Counted from the stretch's first letter, positions 30,533 to 40,396 are shown. The stretch is 64,000 nucleotides of DNA from an uncultured delta proteobacterium (GCA_963760795.1 CAVXEP010000032.1:64001-128000), one strand, 5' to 3'. Numbers and translations: made by a program. The notes: generated from the letters alone by a model not told the origin.

Positions 30533-30783
30533 CCAGGAATATTCGTGGTGAAGCAGCGATCGAGGAGAAACCCTTCCGGAGCGAAGGCAAAGCAGCTCTG
30601 CCTTGATGAGGCAAGCGAAGCGATCTGCTGTGATACCACCTGTGAAATGGTCAAATCTCTTGCCAAGCGCCGACCATGACGGTGAAGCATTTGGCGCCTA
30701 TGCCTTGGCTCGACTTTTCAGCTGGGGTTCCAGCTCGATAGACACTCTGTCGATCGCTTGCCTGGGAGCATGAACAATCCAAA
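30533..30783 (+). ncRNA. Unknown structured repeat element, copy 1 (MITE-like or ncRNA); ends degenerate
   Basis: Colinear with 41694-41933 (roughly 75-80% identical by eye); no shared reading frame; conserved nested helices; strand not established. Confidence 0.55.
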
Positions 30784-30828
30784 CCGGCTTTTTCAACCGT
30801 GCCGCAGCTTCTTACCAATCCACAGCGA

Positions 30829-31644
30829 ATGAACAAGATCGGCAAGATCGGTTTAATTGCCGGTAACGGCAAGTTTCCAATGATCTTTGCCGAGGAAGCG
30901 AAGCGTCAGGGTTACTCGGTGGTGGCATTGGCGCACCGGGAGGAGACCGACGCGGCGCTGGAAAAACGCGTCGACGAGTTTACTTGGATCTATGTCGGCC
31001 AACTAGGGAAGATTATCAGGACTTTTCAGAAAGCCGGCGTGACCGAGGCGGTGATGGCCGGCGGCATTCGCAAGGTCAGACTGCTTGGCAACTTTCGCCC
31101 GGATCTGCGCGGCGCGCGGTTTCTCGCCAGGATTAAAAGCCGTGACGACGACGCGCTGTTGCGCGGTATCGCCGACGAACTGGCCAGCGACGGCATAAGG
31201 ATTATCGACTCGACTTTCTGTTTGTCGAGCATCATCCCACAAGAAGGAGTCCTGACCCGCCGGGCGCCCAATGCCGCGCAATGGCAAGACATTGCCATGG
31301 GCGTTCGTTTGGCGAAGGAAATTGGCCGTTTGGGAGTCGGCCAAACGGTCGTGATCAAGAATCAGGTGATCGTCGCGGTGGAAGCTGTGGAAGGCACCGA
31401 CGCGGCGATTCAACGGGGCGGCCTATTGGCCAAGTCCGGCTGTGTCGTGGTCAAGGTCAGCAAGCCGCAACAGGATTTGCGCTTCGACGTTCCGGCCGTC
31501 GGTGTCGAAACGATCAATGCGCTCAGCCAGGTCGGCGGCGCCGTGCTTGCCATTGAGGCGGGTAAGGCGATATTGATCGAGAAGGATGAATTGCTGCGTG
31601 TCGCAGACGCCTCCGGCGTCGCCGTCGTCGCCGTCGCCGCTTGA
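30829..31644 (+). CDS. lpxI: UDP-2,3-diacylglucosamine diphosphatase LpxI
   Basis: 'IGLIAGNG.FP', 'GQTVV....VAVEAVEGTD', 'KPQQDLRFDVPAVG'. Confidence 0.92.
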   Translation: MNKIGKIGLIAGNGKFPMIFAEEAKRQGYSVVALAHREETDAALEKRVDEFTWIYVGQLGKIIRTFQKAGVTEAVMAGGIRKVRLLGNFRPDLRGARFLARIKSRDDDALLRGIADELASDGIRIIDSTFCLSSIIPQEGVLTRRAPNAAQWQDIAMGVRLAKEIGRLGVGQTVVIKNQVIVAVEAVEGTDAAIQRGGLLAKSGCVVVKVSKPQQDLRFDVPAVGVETINALSQVGGAVLAIEAGKAILIEKDELLRVADASGVAVVAVAA

Positions 31645-31656
31645 GTAACCCTGAAA

Positions 31657-32616
31657 ATGTCGTTGGAAGTTTTACCAGTAGCGGTGGTCGGCGTCGGTTA
31701 TCTCGGCAAGTTCCACGCCGAAAAGTATGCGTCGTCGGAAAAGGCTGACCTCATCGGCGTGGTCGACATCGACGGCGACCGCGCCCGGGAGATCGGCCAG
31801 TCGGTGGGCGCACCGGCGTTTACCGACTATCATGAGCTGTTCGGCCGGATTCGCTGTGCCAGTATCGCCGTGCCGACGCGCTATCATCATCAAGTCGCCC
31901 GCGATTTTCTCGACGCCGGCATCGATGTGCTGGTGGAAAAACCTTTGACCGCGGATTTGACCGAGGCTCACGAGCTAGTTGCGCTGGCGGCGGCCAAGGG
32001 CGCCCTACTGCAGGTCGGCCATCTGGAACGGTTCAATCCGGCGATTCGCCGCCTCGAAGGCATCATCAAGGATCCGAAGTTCGTCGAATGCCACCGCTTG
32101 GCGCCGTTCATCGAGCGCGGCACGGATGTCGATGTGGTCTTGGATCTGATGATCCACGATATCGATGTAATCACCAGTTTGGTGCGCTCGCCGATCCTGC
32201 GGGTCGAGTCGGTGGGGGTGCCGGTGTTGACCGAAATGCCGGACATCGCCAATGCGCGGATTACCTTTGAGAACGGTTGCATCGCCAATGTCACCGCCAG
32301 CCGGGTGTCGATCAAGCGCGAACGCAAGGTGCGCTTTTTCCAACCGGACGCCTATATCTCCATCGACTACGATCAACGGCGTGCGCAGATCTATCATAAG
32401 CCTAAGCCGGGCGCTGGATGGCTCGATATCCGCGCCGAGAATATCGAGATCAAGGATGGCGATGCTCTCGCCGACGAGATCGATTCGTTCCTCGATTGCG
32501 CGCGCACGCGAACGCCGCCCTTGGTCGGCGGCACGGAAGCCTTACGGGCTTTGGAAATCGCCTGGACGATCAGCACTCAGCTGGCCAATCTTTCGACACA
32601 ACCTGCGCGTGGCTAA
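31657..32616 (+). CDS. Gfo/Idh/MocA oxidoreductase, GnnA-like UDP-GlcNAc 3-dehydrogenase
   Basis: 'VGVGYLGKFHA', 'VEKP', 'QVGHLERFNPA', 'DVVLDLMIHDID'; lies between lpxI and lpxB. Confidence 0.8.
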   Translation: MSLEVLPVAVVGVGYLGKFHAEKYASSEKADLIGVVDIDGDRAREIGQSVGAPAFTDYHELFGRIRCASIAVPTRYHHQVARDFLDAGIDVLVEKPLTADLTEAHELVALAAAKGALLQVGHLERFNPAIRRLEGIIKDPKFVECHRLAPFIERGTDVDVVLDLMIHDIDVITSLVRSPILRVESVGVPVLTEMPDIANARITFENGCIANVTASRVSIKRERKVRFFQPDAYISIDYDQRRAQIYHKPKPGAGWLDIRAENIEIKDGDALADEIDSFLDCARTRTPPLVGGTEALRALEIAWTISTQLANLSTQPARG

Positions 32617-33742
32617 GCAAACGAAGCAGGTCATGCTGGTGGTTGGCGAAGCATCCGGCGATGTTCACGGCGCTAAGCTGGTGCAAGCCCTGCATCGTCA
32701 GGATTCCCGGCTCAAGATCTTCGGTGTCGCCGGCGAACAGCTGCAGAAAACCGATTTCGAGGTGCTGTTTAACGTATCGAAACTAACCGGTATGGGGCTA
32801 GTGGAGCTCGCCGGCAACGTGAAAAATATTTGGCGGGCTTACCAATTGCTACGCGCCGCGCTCAAGCAGCGACGGCCCGACCTACTGATCCTCATCGATT
32901 TTCCCGACTTCAACCTCCGGCTGGCGCGAGTCGCGAAATCTTTGCGAATTCCCGTGCTCTATTACATCAGTCCGCAAATTTGGGCTTGGCGCCGGGGGCG
33001 GGTGCGCCAGATCGCCAAATCGGTCGACCGGATGGCAGTGGTATTTCCCTTTGAGGTGGACTTTTACCGGCGCCATGGCGTTGATGTGGAGTTTGTCGGC
33101 CATCCATTGTTAGAGACGGTCATCACGACTCGAAGCCGTGACACGGTGCTGGCGCATCATGGCCTCGATCCAACTCAAAAAACCGTGGCCCTGTTGCCCG
33201 GCAGCCGCCATGGCGAGGTCAGCCGCCATCTGCCGGTGATGCTTGCGGCCGCGCTGCAGATGCGCGCCAACGATAATGTTCAATTCTTTTGTCTGCGCGC
33301 GAGCACTATCGATGCTGGCGATTTGACGGCGATGATTGGCGATAGCAAGATTCCTGTCGTTGATCAGGATCGCTATGACGCGGTGCGGGCGGCCGACCTG
33401 GTTTGGACGGCGTCGGGCACGGCGACTCTCGAAACCGCGCTCCTGAGTCGGCCCATGGTGATCATCTACCGCGTGTCATGGCTGACTTATTGGATTGCCC
33501 GGCTCCTGGTCCGAGTGGACCATATCGGCATGGTCAATCTGCTTGCCGGAAAGCGTCTGGTGCCGGAGCTAATCCAGGGCGAGGTCAATCCGCAGCGCCT
33601 CATCGCCGAAAGCCGCCGATTGTTAACTGACGACATACTGCGCGCGGGCATCGTCGCAGAACTTACCCGGCTGCGCGAGCGGTTGGGCTCGCTGGGCGCC
33701 GCCGACCGTGTGGCGGCGATAGCAACCGGCATGATGGCGTGA
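32609..33742 (+). CDS. lpxB: Lipid-A-disaccharide synthase
   Basis: 'GEASGD', 'IDFPDFN', 'SPQIWAWR', 'LPGSR..EV', 'SGTATLE'. Confidence 0.95.
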   Translation: MAKQTKQVMLVVGEASGDVHGAKLVQALHRQDSRLKIFGVAGEQLQKTDFEVLFNVSKLTGMGLVELAGNVKNIWRAYQLLRAALKQRRPDLLILIDFPDFNLRLARVAKSLRIPVLYYISPQIWAWRRGRVRQIAKSVDRMAVVFPFEVDFYRRHGVDVEFVGHPLLETVITTRSRDTVLAHHGLDPTQKTVALLPGSRHGEVSRHLPVMLAAALQMRANDNVQFFCLRASTIDAGDLTAMIGDSKIPVVDQDRYDAVRAADLVWTASGTATLETALLSRPMVIIYRVSWLTYWIARLLVRVDHIGMVNLLAGKRLVPELIQGEVNPQRLIAESRRLLTDDILRAGIVAELTRLRERLGSLGAADRVAAIATGMMA

Positions 33743-35520
33743 AAAAAATCGAACGAATCAATTCAGTGAAAACCTACCGCCGTTTGTTGCAGTTCTTAAA
33801 GCCGTATATCTGGCCCTATTTCGTTTTGGCGATGATTTGTATGGTGGCGTTCGGCGCCACCGATGGTTCGATTCCATTTCTGGTACAGCCGATCATGGAC
33901 GATGTGTTCGGCAAGCGCGATCAAGCCATGCTGAACTTAATTCCTTTTCTGGTGATCGGTCTGTTCGCGTTTCGCGGCTTGATGAACTTTGGCCAAAGCT
34001 ATCTCACCGACTATGTCGGCCTGCGCATTATCAACGATGTGCGCAATGCCCTCAATCGCCACTTCCAATCGCTGTCGCTGTCGTTTTTCTACCGCCATCC
34101 CACCGGAACGCTGATCTCCCGGGTCAACAGCGACGTCGTCTTGCTGCGCTTCGCGATCACTGATGCGTTGGCGTCGTTTCTCAAAGATACCACGTCGCTG
34201 ATCGCTCTGGTCACGGTCGCGTTCCTCAAGGATTGGGTGCTCGCTTCGATCGCCTTTTTCGTATTTCCCGCTTCCGTGCTGCCGATCATCCGACTGAGCA
34301 GGAACATCAAAAAATTTACCAAGCGCGGGCAAGTGAGCACCGGTAGGCTCACCGTGCTGTTGCAAGAGAGCATTCAGGGCAACCGCATTGTCAAAGCTTT
34401 CGGCATGGAAGATTACGAAGACCGGCGCTTCATGGCGGAGAACTGGCGGCTCTTCAAAGATTCACTGCGCGCCAGCCGGATCAAGTCGATCGTTGCGCCG
34501 TCGATGGAGCTGTTGGCTTCGTTCGGCATTGGCGGCGTGGTTTGGTACGGCGGGTGGAGCGTTATCGGCGGCGGGCGCACGCAAGGCGAATTCTTTGCTT
34601 TCATGGCGGCGATGTTTTTGATGTATGCGCCTTTTAAAGGGCTGAGCCGCACTTACACGGCGGTCCATCAGGGACTTGCGGGCGCCGAACGAGTCTTCGA
34701 AATACTCGACGAGAAACCGGAGATTAGCGACAAGCCGGGAGCCCGACTTGCCAAACCGTTCGCGGGCAAAATCGATCTGCAAAATGTCAGCTTCGCCTAT
34801 GGCGAAACTCCGGTACTCAAAAATATCGATCTCACCGTCGACGCCGGCCAAATGGTCGCCTTGGTGGGCATGAGCGGCGTCGGTAAAAGCACCCTGGTCG
34901 ACTTGATTCCACGCTTTTACGACGTCAACTCCGGCCGGATTCTGGTCGACGGCGTGGATATTCGCGAGCTCACGGTGCAATCGCTGCGCGGGCAAATCGG
35001 CATCGTCACCCAGCACACTTTCTTGTTCAACGATAGCATCCGAAACAATATCGCCTACGGCGATCCCGAGCGCGATATGACGGCGATCATCGCAGCGGCC
35101 AAGGCGGCCCATGCCCATGAGTTCATCACCGCCATGCCTAACGGTTACGATTCGGAGATCGGTGAAATGGGCTTGCAGCTCTCCGGCGGCCAGCGCCAAC
35201 GCATCGCGATCGCGCGGGCGTTATTGAAAGATGCGCCGATCCTAATCCTTGACGAAGCGACTTCATCGCTGGATGCCGATTCCGAACGTTCGGTTCAGGA
35301 AGCGCTGGAAACTTTGATGAGCACGCGAACGACCATCGTGATCGCGCACCGGTTGTCGACGATTCGCAAGGCCGACCGGATCGTCGTCATGGTCGACGGC
35401 GCCATCGCTGAAGAAGGCACCCATGACGAGCTGTTGGCGCAGGATCGCGAGTACAGCCGGCTGTACTCGCTGCAATTACTCGAAAATCGCCAAGTGAACG
35501 AAATCGAATTGGTGCACTAG
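33739..35520 (+). CDS. msbA: Lipid A flippase ABC transporter MsbA
   Basis: Fused TMD+NBD, GMSGVGKS, LSGGQRQR, DEATSSLD; between lpxB and waaA/lpxK. Confidence 0.9.
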   Translation: MKKIERINSVKTYRRLLQFLKPYIWPYFVLAMICMVAFGATDGSIPFLVQPIMDDVFGKRDQAMLNLIPFLVIGLFAFRGLMNFGQSYLTDYVGLRIINDVRNALNRHFQSLSLSFFYRHPTGTLISRVNSDVVLLRFAITDALASFLKDTTSLIALVTVAFLKDWVLASIAFFVFPASVLPIIRLSRNIKKFTKRGQVSTGRLTVLLQESIQGNRIVKAFGMEDYEDRRFMAENWRLFKDSLRASRIKSIVAPSMELLASFGIGGVVWYGGWSVIGGGRTQGEFFAFMAAMFLMYAPFKGLSRTYTAVHQGLAGAERVFEILDEKPEISDKPGARLAKPFAGKIDLQNVSFAYGETPVLKNIDLTVDAGQMVALVGMSGVGKSTLVDLIPRFYDVNSGRILVDGVDIRELTVQSLRGQIGIVTQHTFLFNDSIRNNIAYGDPERDMTAIIAAAKAAHAHEFITAMPNGYDSEIGEMGLQLSGGQRQRIAIARALLKDAPILILDEATSSLDADSERSVQEALETLMSTRTTIVIAHRLSTIRKADRIVVMVDGAIAEEGTHDELLAQDREYSRLYSLQLLENRQVNEIELVH

Positions 35521-35535
35521 GAAGCCGGCTGACTG

Positions 35536-36831
35536 ATGTGGCTTCTTGGCTATAATATCCTTCTCACCCTGGTGTTTTTGCTAACCTTGCCGTTCACGCC
35601 ATTATTGCAATTTATCGGCAAACGATTCAGCGCGGGACTGGCACAGCGCTTGGGTTATTTTCCGCAAGCTCAGGTGCGGGCCATAGCGGCGTCCAGGCCG
35701 GTGTGGATTCATGCCTCGTCGGTAGGCGAAGTGGGTTCGGTCGACGCCCTGGTGCACGAGTTGAAAAATCGCCATCCCGAGCAGCGCATAGTGCTCTCGA
35801 CGTTCACCGCCACCGGTAATGAAACCGCGCAGAAGTTTGCCGGAGTCGATGCGGTTATTTATTTACCCTTGGATTTTTGGTGGACTGTCAGGCGTGCCTT
35901 GACCCAGTGGAACCCGTCATTGATGCTTTTTGTCGAGACCGAGATCTGGCCCAACTTGATGAGCGAATGCTTTCGCCGCGGCATCCCGACGGTTCTAGTA
36001 AGCGGCCGCTTGTCGGCACGGTCCTTTCCTCGCTACGAAAGATTCGGCGGTTTTTTTCGCCAAGTGCTGCGGCGGTTCGCCGCCATTGGCATGCAGACCC
36101 GCGAAGACGCGGCGCGGATCGTTAGACTTGGCGCCGATGCCAATAAAGTGTCGGTGGTCGGTAGTCTCAAATGGGCCGGAGCGGCGCCGCAGTCGTCGCG
36201 ATTCACCGATGTGCCGCGGCATGGCAAAAAACTTCTGATCGCCGGCAGCACCCATGCGGGCGAAGAGCAGGTGCTGCTAGCGAGTTTCGCCGCGCTGCGG
36301 CCACGCTTTCCCGAGCTGTCGATGGTCTTAGCACCGCGCCATCCCGAGCGGTTTGCCGAAGTTGAGGCGCTCTTGCGGGGTAGCGGCTTTAGCTGGTGCC
36401 GCCGGAGTGTCGCCGCGGATGATCGGTTATTTGAAAAGGACATTTTGCTTCTCGATACGGTCGGCGAGCTCAGTGAATTTTTTGCTGTGGGCGATGTCGC
36501 TTTTGTCGGCGGCAGTTTGGTCGATGTCGGCGGCCATAATATTCTCGAACCGGCGCGGTCTGGCAAAGCGATACTTTTCGGTCCCTACATGACCAATATG
36601 CAGGCCGTTGCCGAGGAGTTCAAAGCCCAAGGTGCCGCCGTCGAAGTCGCCAACGGTCATGCCTTGTCAGCCACGTTGGCGAACTTGTTATTGGACGATG
36701 CCAAGCGCATCGGCATGGGCCGCCTTGCCCTGGCGGCTTCGGCCAATGGTGACGCCGCGGTTCAACGTAACTACACCTTGGCGGCGCGCTATTTGTCAGA
36801 TTCGCTAGTTTCCGCGGCGCCAGTTGGATAG
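35536..36831 (+). CDS. waaA: Kdo transferase
   Basis: 'WIHASSVGE', 'ETEIWPN', 'AGSTH.GEE', 'PRHPER', 'GGHNILEP'. Confidence 0.95.
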   Translation: MWLLGYNILLTLVFLLTLPFTPLLQFIGKRFSAGLAQRLGYFPQAQVRAIAASRPVWIHASSVGEVGSVDALVHELKNRHPEQRIVLSTFTATGNETAQKFAGVDAVIYLPLDFWWTVRRALTQWNPSLMLFVETEIWPNLMSECFRRGIPTVLVSGRLSARSFPRYERFGGFFRQVLRRFAAIGMQTREDAARIVRLGADANKVSVVGSLKWAGAAPQSSRFTDVPRHGKKLLIAGSTHAGEEQVLLASFAALRPRFPELSMVLAPRHPERFAEVEALLRGSGFSWCRRSVAADDRLFEKDILLLDTVGELSEFFAVGDVAFVGGSLVDVGGHNILEPARSGKAILFGPYMTNMQAVAEEFKAQGAAVEVANGHALSATLANLLLDDAKRIGMGRLALAASANGDAAVQRNYTLAARYLSDSLVSAAPVG

Positions 36832-36860
36832 GATAAATGGAGCACTCGATTTAGCGTGCT

Positions 36861-37955
36861 ATGGCTAGTTTAACGGTGCGAGGGGTGTGGGAGCGGAGTG
36901 GTTTCGCTGGCAAGCTGCTGGGAAGCCTATTATGGCCGGCGTCGATGGGCTATTCCGTGGTCGCGCAACTGCGCAATGCCTTGTTTACTCGGGGATGGAT
37001 CAAGTCGGTTCGCTTGCCCAGGCCGGTGATCAGCATCGGCAACTTGACGGTCGGCGGCACTGGCAAGACGCCGACATGTCTTTGGCTCGCCGGTGAGTTG
37101 CGCCGCCAGGGCCTAAAAGTGGCGATCCTGAGCCGGGGATACCGGCGCAAGGAAACTCAGCCGGTGATCTTGCAACCGTGCAAACTGAGCGGTGACATGG
37201 CGGAGAACGAGGAGGAGCTGGCGCAGGCTGGCGACGAACCGTTGATGATGGCGCGGCTCTACAAGCAGACCGTGGGTGTCGGCAAGGACCGCGTGCAATC
37301 GGCGCATGAATTGTTGCGCCACGAAAATAATATAGATGCGTTTATCCTCGACGATGGCTTCCAGCATCGTCATATCAAACGCGATGTCGATCTAGTGCTG
37401 CTTGGCAACGACTGTTCCGGTGCCGTGCTGCCGGCGGGTCCGTTTCGCGAGCCGCAGCGCAACTTGCAACGTGGCGATTTTTGGCTGGTCACCGGGGCGG
37501 AGGCGCATTGGCGCCGTTACTTGCCGAGTGACCGTTCCAGCGCGGTTTTTACCGGTGCGTTGCAACCCTTGGATCTGATCACCTACGATGCCCGCCGCTG
37601 GAAGCGCTATCCGTTGACCGTGCTGCATCATAGCAAGATCCTGACGGTTGCAGGGATCGCCAATCCTCAAAACTTTTACCAGTCGATCCATGAGTGGGAA
37701 GGGCAAATCGTCCATACCTTGGAGTTTCCGGATCACCATGTTTACAGCGCCAAGGACTGGCAGGAGATTAGCAGGATGGCACGGTTGGTCGATTTGATCG
37801 TTACCACCGAGAAAGATATTCTCAAATTGATTGGATTTCCCTTCGCGCGCGATAAACTGCTGGCGCTCAGGGTTGGTATGGAGGTCGCCGGCGGCGATAA
37901 ACTGGTGTCGGCGCTGGCCGCCAGGATTCGTCAAGCGCGTTGCCGCGAACCATGA
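36861..37955 (+). CDS. lpxK: Tetraacyldisaccharide 4'-kinase
   Basis: 'GNLTVGGTGKTP', 'SRGY', 'GDEP', 'DDGFQH', 'FPDHH', 'TTEKD'. Confidence 0.95.
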   Translation: MASLTVRGVWERSGFAGKLLGSLLWPASMGYSVVAQLRNALFTRGWIKSVRLPRPVISIGNLTVGGTGKTPTCLWLAGELRRQGLKVAILSRGYRRKETQPVILQPCKLSGDMAENEEELAQAGDEPLMMARLYKQTVGVGKDRVQSAHELLRHENNIDAFILDDGFQHRHIKRDVDLVLLGNDCSGAVLPAGPFREPQRNLQRGDFWLVTGAEAHWRRYLPSDRSSAVFTGALQPLDLITYDARRWKRYPLTVLHHSKILTVAGIANPQNFYQSIHEWEGQIVHTLEFPDHHVYSAKDWQEISRMARLVDLIVTTEKDILKLIGFPFARDKLLALRVGMEVAGGDKLVSALAARIRQARCREP

Positions 37956-38545
37956 CACCGGCGAAACTCCAACCGGCGGTATTTCTCGACCGCGACGGCA
38001 CGTTAATTCGTGAAGTGGGCTATCTTTGCCGTCCGGATCAGATCGAACTGTTAGATGGCGTACCGGCGGCGATCCGCGCCTTGCGCGACGGCGGTTTTAA
38101 GACGGTGGTGGTGACCAACCAGTCCGCGGTGGCGCGCGGCTGGCTCAGCGAAGCGGGGTTAATGCAAATTCATCGGCTTCTTCTAGACAAACTGGCGCAG
38201 CAGGGAGCGCTGTTGGACGCGATCTATTATTGCCCGCATCATCCGAGCGAGGGCATCGACGGCTATCGGCTGGCCTGCGATTGCCGTAAACCCAAGCCAG
38301 GGATGATCCATCGTGCAGCCAACGATCTGGCCTTGGCGCCAAAGCGATCCTATATGGTGGGCGATCAGAATATCGATCGCGAGCTCGCCCTGCGGGTGGG
38401 GGCGACCCCTGTCTTAGTGCGCAGCAACGGGGAGCAGCTGCTGGTCGACGATGTTTCTCAAATAACGGTTTTTGACAACCTAAAATTAGCCGCCGACTGG
38501 ATCTTGGCGCGCCCTCAGGCGCCGATTGAGTATACTGATCTATGA
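37952..38545 (+). CDS. gmhB: D-glycero-D-manno-heptose 1,7-bisphosphate phosphatase
   Basis: 'FLDRDGTL', 'VTNQS', 'CPHHP..CDCRKPKPGM', 'MVGD'. Confidence 0.9.
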   Translation: MTPAKLQPAVFLDRDGTLIREVGYLCRPDQIELLDGVPAAIRALRDGGFKTVVVTNQSAVARGWLSEAGLMQIHRLLLDKLAQQGALLDAIYYCPHHPSEGIDGYRLACDCRKPKPGMIHRAANDLALAPKRSYMVGDQNIDRELALRVGATPVLVRSNGEQLLVDDVSQITVFDNLKLAADWILARPQAPIEYTDL

Positions 38546-39483
38546 AGTCTGTCGTTACCGGTGCTGCCGGATTTATCGGTTCCCATCTAGTTGAAAAGCT
38601 GCTCGGCGCTGGCCACGACGTGGTCGGTGTCGATAACTTTCTCGACAACTATCCACGCCATTTTAAAGAGAACAATCTGGCCGCCTTCCGCGACCACGCG
38701 AAATTTACCTTCGTCAACGAGGATCTCACGCGGACCGATCTCAAAGCTTTACTGCGCGACGTCGGCTATGTGTTTCATCTCGCCGGCCAGCCTGGCGTGC
38801 GCTCGAGCTGGGGCAGCGAGTTTTCGCGCTACACGGAGAACAATATCAGCGCCACGCAGCTGCTGCTCGAAGCAGCCAAGGATCTCAACCTCGGCAAATT
38901 CGTGTACGCCTCGACCTCATCGGTCTATGGCGATACCACCGATTTGCCAATGCGCGAAGATGGTTTAACGCGGCCGGTGTCACCCTACGGCGCCACCAAG
39001 TTGGCCGCCGAGCATCTTTGCCATCTTTACTGCAAAGCCTACGGCGTTCCCACCGTGGCACTGCGCTTCTTTACGGTTTACGGACCACGCCAGCGGCCCG
39101 ATATGTTTTTTCATATTTTCATGCGCGCGCTATTGAACGGCGATGACGTGCCGCTCTACGACGATGGCGAGCAGACCCGCGATTTTACGTTTTGTTCGGA
39201 CATCGTCGACGGACTGTTCGACGCAGCGCACTATGCCGCCCAGGGAGAAGTGTTCAATCTCGGCGGCGGCTCGCAAGTGAGCTTGCTCACGGCCATCGCC
39301 GTGGCGGAAAAGATCGCCGGGATCAAGGCCAAGCTCCAGCGCTTCGACCGCCAGCGCGGCGATGTCCGCCATACCAGCGCGCAGTTGGACCAAGCGCGCG
39401 AGAAATTGAACTATCGGCCGCAGGTCGGTTTGGCAGAGGGACTGAAACAAGAATGGCAGTGGATTCATTCACTGGGGAGGTAA
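38542..39483 (+). CDS. NAD-dependent nucleotide-sugar epimerase/dehydratase (UDP-glucuronate 4-epimerase-like)
   Basis: TGAAGFIG, 'HLAGQPGVR', YGATK, 'RFFTVYGPRQRPDM'. Confidence 0.88.
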   Translation: MKSVVTGAAGFIGSHLVEKLLGAGHDVVGVDNFLDNYPRHFKENNLAAFRDHAKFTFVNEDLTRTDLKALLRDVGYVFHLAGQPGVRSSWGSEFSRYTENNISATQLLLEAAKDLNLGKFVYASTSSVYGDTTDLPMREDGLTRPVSPYGATKLAAEHLCHLYCKAYGVPTVALRFFTVYGPRQRPDMFFHIFMRALLNGDDVPLYDDGEQTRDFTFCSDIVDGLFDAAHYAAQGEVFNLGGGSQVSLLTAIAVAEKIAGIKAKLQRFDRQRGDVRHTSAQLDQAREKLNYRPQVGLAEGLKQEWQWIHSLGR

Positions 39484-39486
39484 ACC

Positions 39487-40347
39487 ATGGGCGACTATAG
39501 CGAAGAGGACATCGGCAATATCGTTTCACTTGAACATGTCAACGTGCAGATCCCCGATCAGAGCCTGGCGACGTTATTCTATGTCGTGGGCTTGGGTTGC
39601 ACCCGCGATCCGTATCTCAACGTCGGCCTCAACAACATGTGGGCCAACATCGGCGAGCAGCAGTTTCACCTGCCGACGCGCAGTCCGCAGGTGATCGATG
39701 GTTATATCGGCCTGGTGGTGCCGCACTTGGAAGGTTTGGCGAAGCGTTTGGAAGCGGTCGCCGATGGGCTCAAGGGAACCCAGTTCGCTTATCGACAAGA
39801 CGGCGATCACATGATCGTTACTTGTCCCTGGGGCAATCGCTACCGTTGCCACGCCAGTCAAGCGGAGTTCGGCGATATGGCCTCGGGCATGCCTTATGTT
39901 GAGTTCGCAGTGCCGCGCGGCGCCATGGCGGGAATCTTGCGCTTCTACCAAACGGCATTGGGCGCGCCGACCGTGGTCGAGTCGGACGGCCAGGGTGAAT
40001 TTGGCAGGGTGAAGATCGGCCGGCATCAGTCGCTGTTGTTCCGCGAAACCGACCGGCCACTCAGAGCCTACGACGGTCACCATATCGCCATTTATGTGGC
40101 GAATTTTTCCAGTCCCTATGGGTTTTTGCAAAGCCGCGGCGGGATATCGGAAGATGTGCGTAACCACCAATTTCGCTTTAAAAATATCGTCGACCCCGTC
40201 GACGGCAGTGCCAAGTTCTCTCTAGAACATGAAGTGCGATCGCTGCGCCATCCGATGTATAACCGTTTCTTCGTCAATCGCGATGTCACTCAAAGCCAGC
40301 GCACTTACCGGCGCGGCTGGGATGCCTACACGCCGTATCTGCGCTAG
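39487..40347 (+). CDS. Hypothetical protein, probable VOC/glyoxalase-like fold
   Basis: Strong RBS; 'LEHVNV.IPDQ..A..FY..GLG', 'QFHLP', 'GHHIAIY', 'LEHEVRS'. Confidence 0.7.
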   Translation: MGDYSEEDIGNIVSLEHVNVQIPDQSLATLFYVVGLGCTRDPYLNVGLNNMWANIGEQQFHLPTRSPQVIDGYIGLVVPHLEGLAKRLEAVADGLKGTQFAYRQDGDHMIVTCPWGNRYRCHASQAEFGDMASGMPYVEFAVPRGAMAGILRFYQTALGAPTVVESDGQGEFGRVKIGRHQSLLFRETDRPLRAYDGHHIAIYVANFSSPYGFLQSRGGISEDVRNHQFRFKNIVDPVDGSAKFSLEHEVRSLRHPMYNRFFVNRDVTQSQRTYRRGWDAYTPYLR

Positions 40348-40396
40348 GCTCAGGTTCATTCGAGTGTGAATGCAAGCTAAATTGGAGGCTGTATCC

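Noticed and set aside
30600-30650. TTGATGAG..GAAA in the duplicated element as a hammerhead ribozyme, or GGCAAAGC as a c-di-GMP-I riboswitch
   Set aside because: Core is TTGATGAG not CTGATGA and the flanking stems do not fit hammerhead geometry; the c-di-GMP-I P1/P2 layout is absent
30545-30679. 44-codon Cys-containing ORF within element copy 1
   Set aside because: Frame is broken by indels in copy 2 and there is no clear RBS
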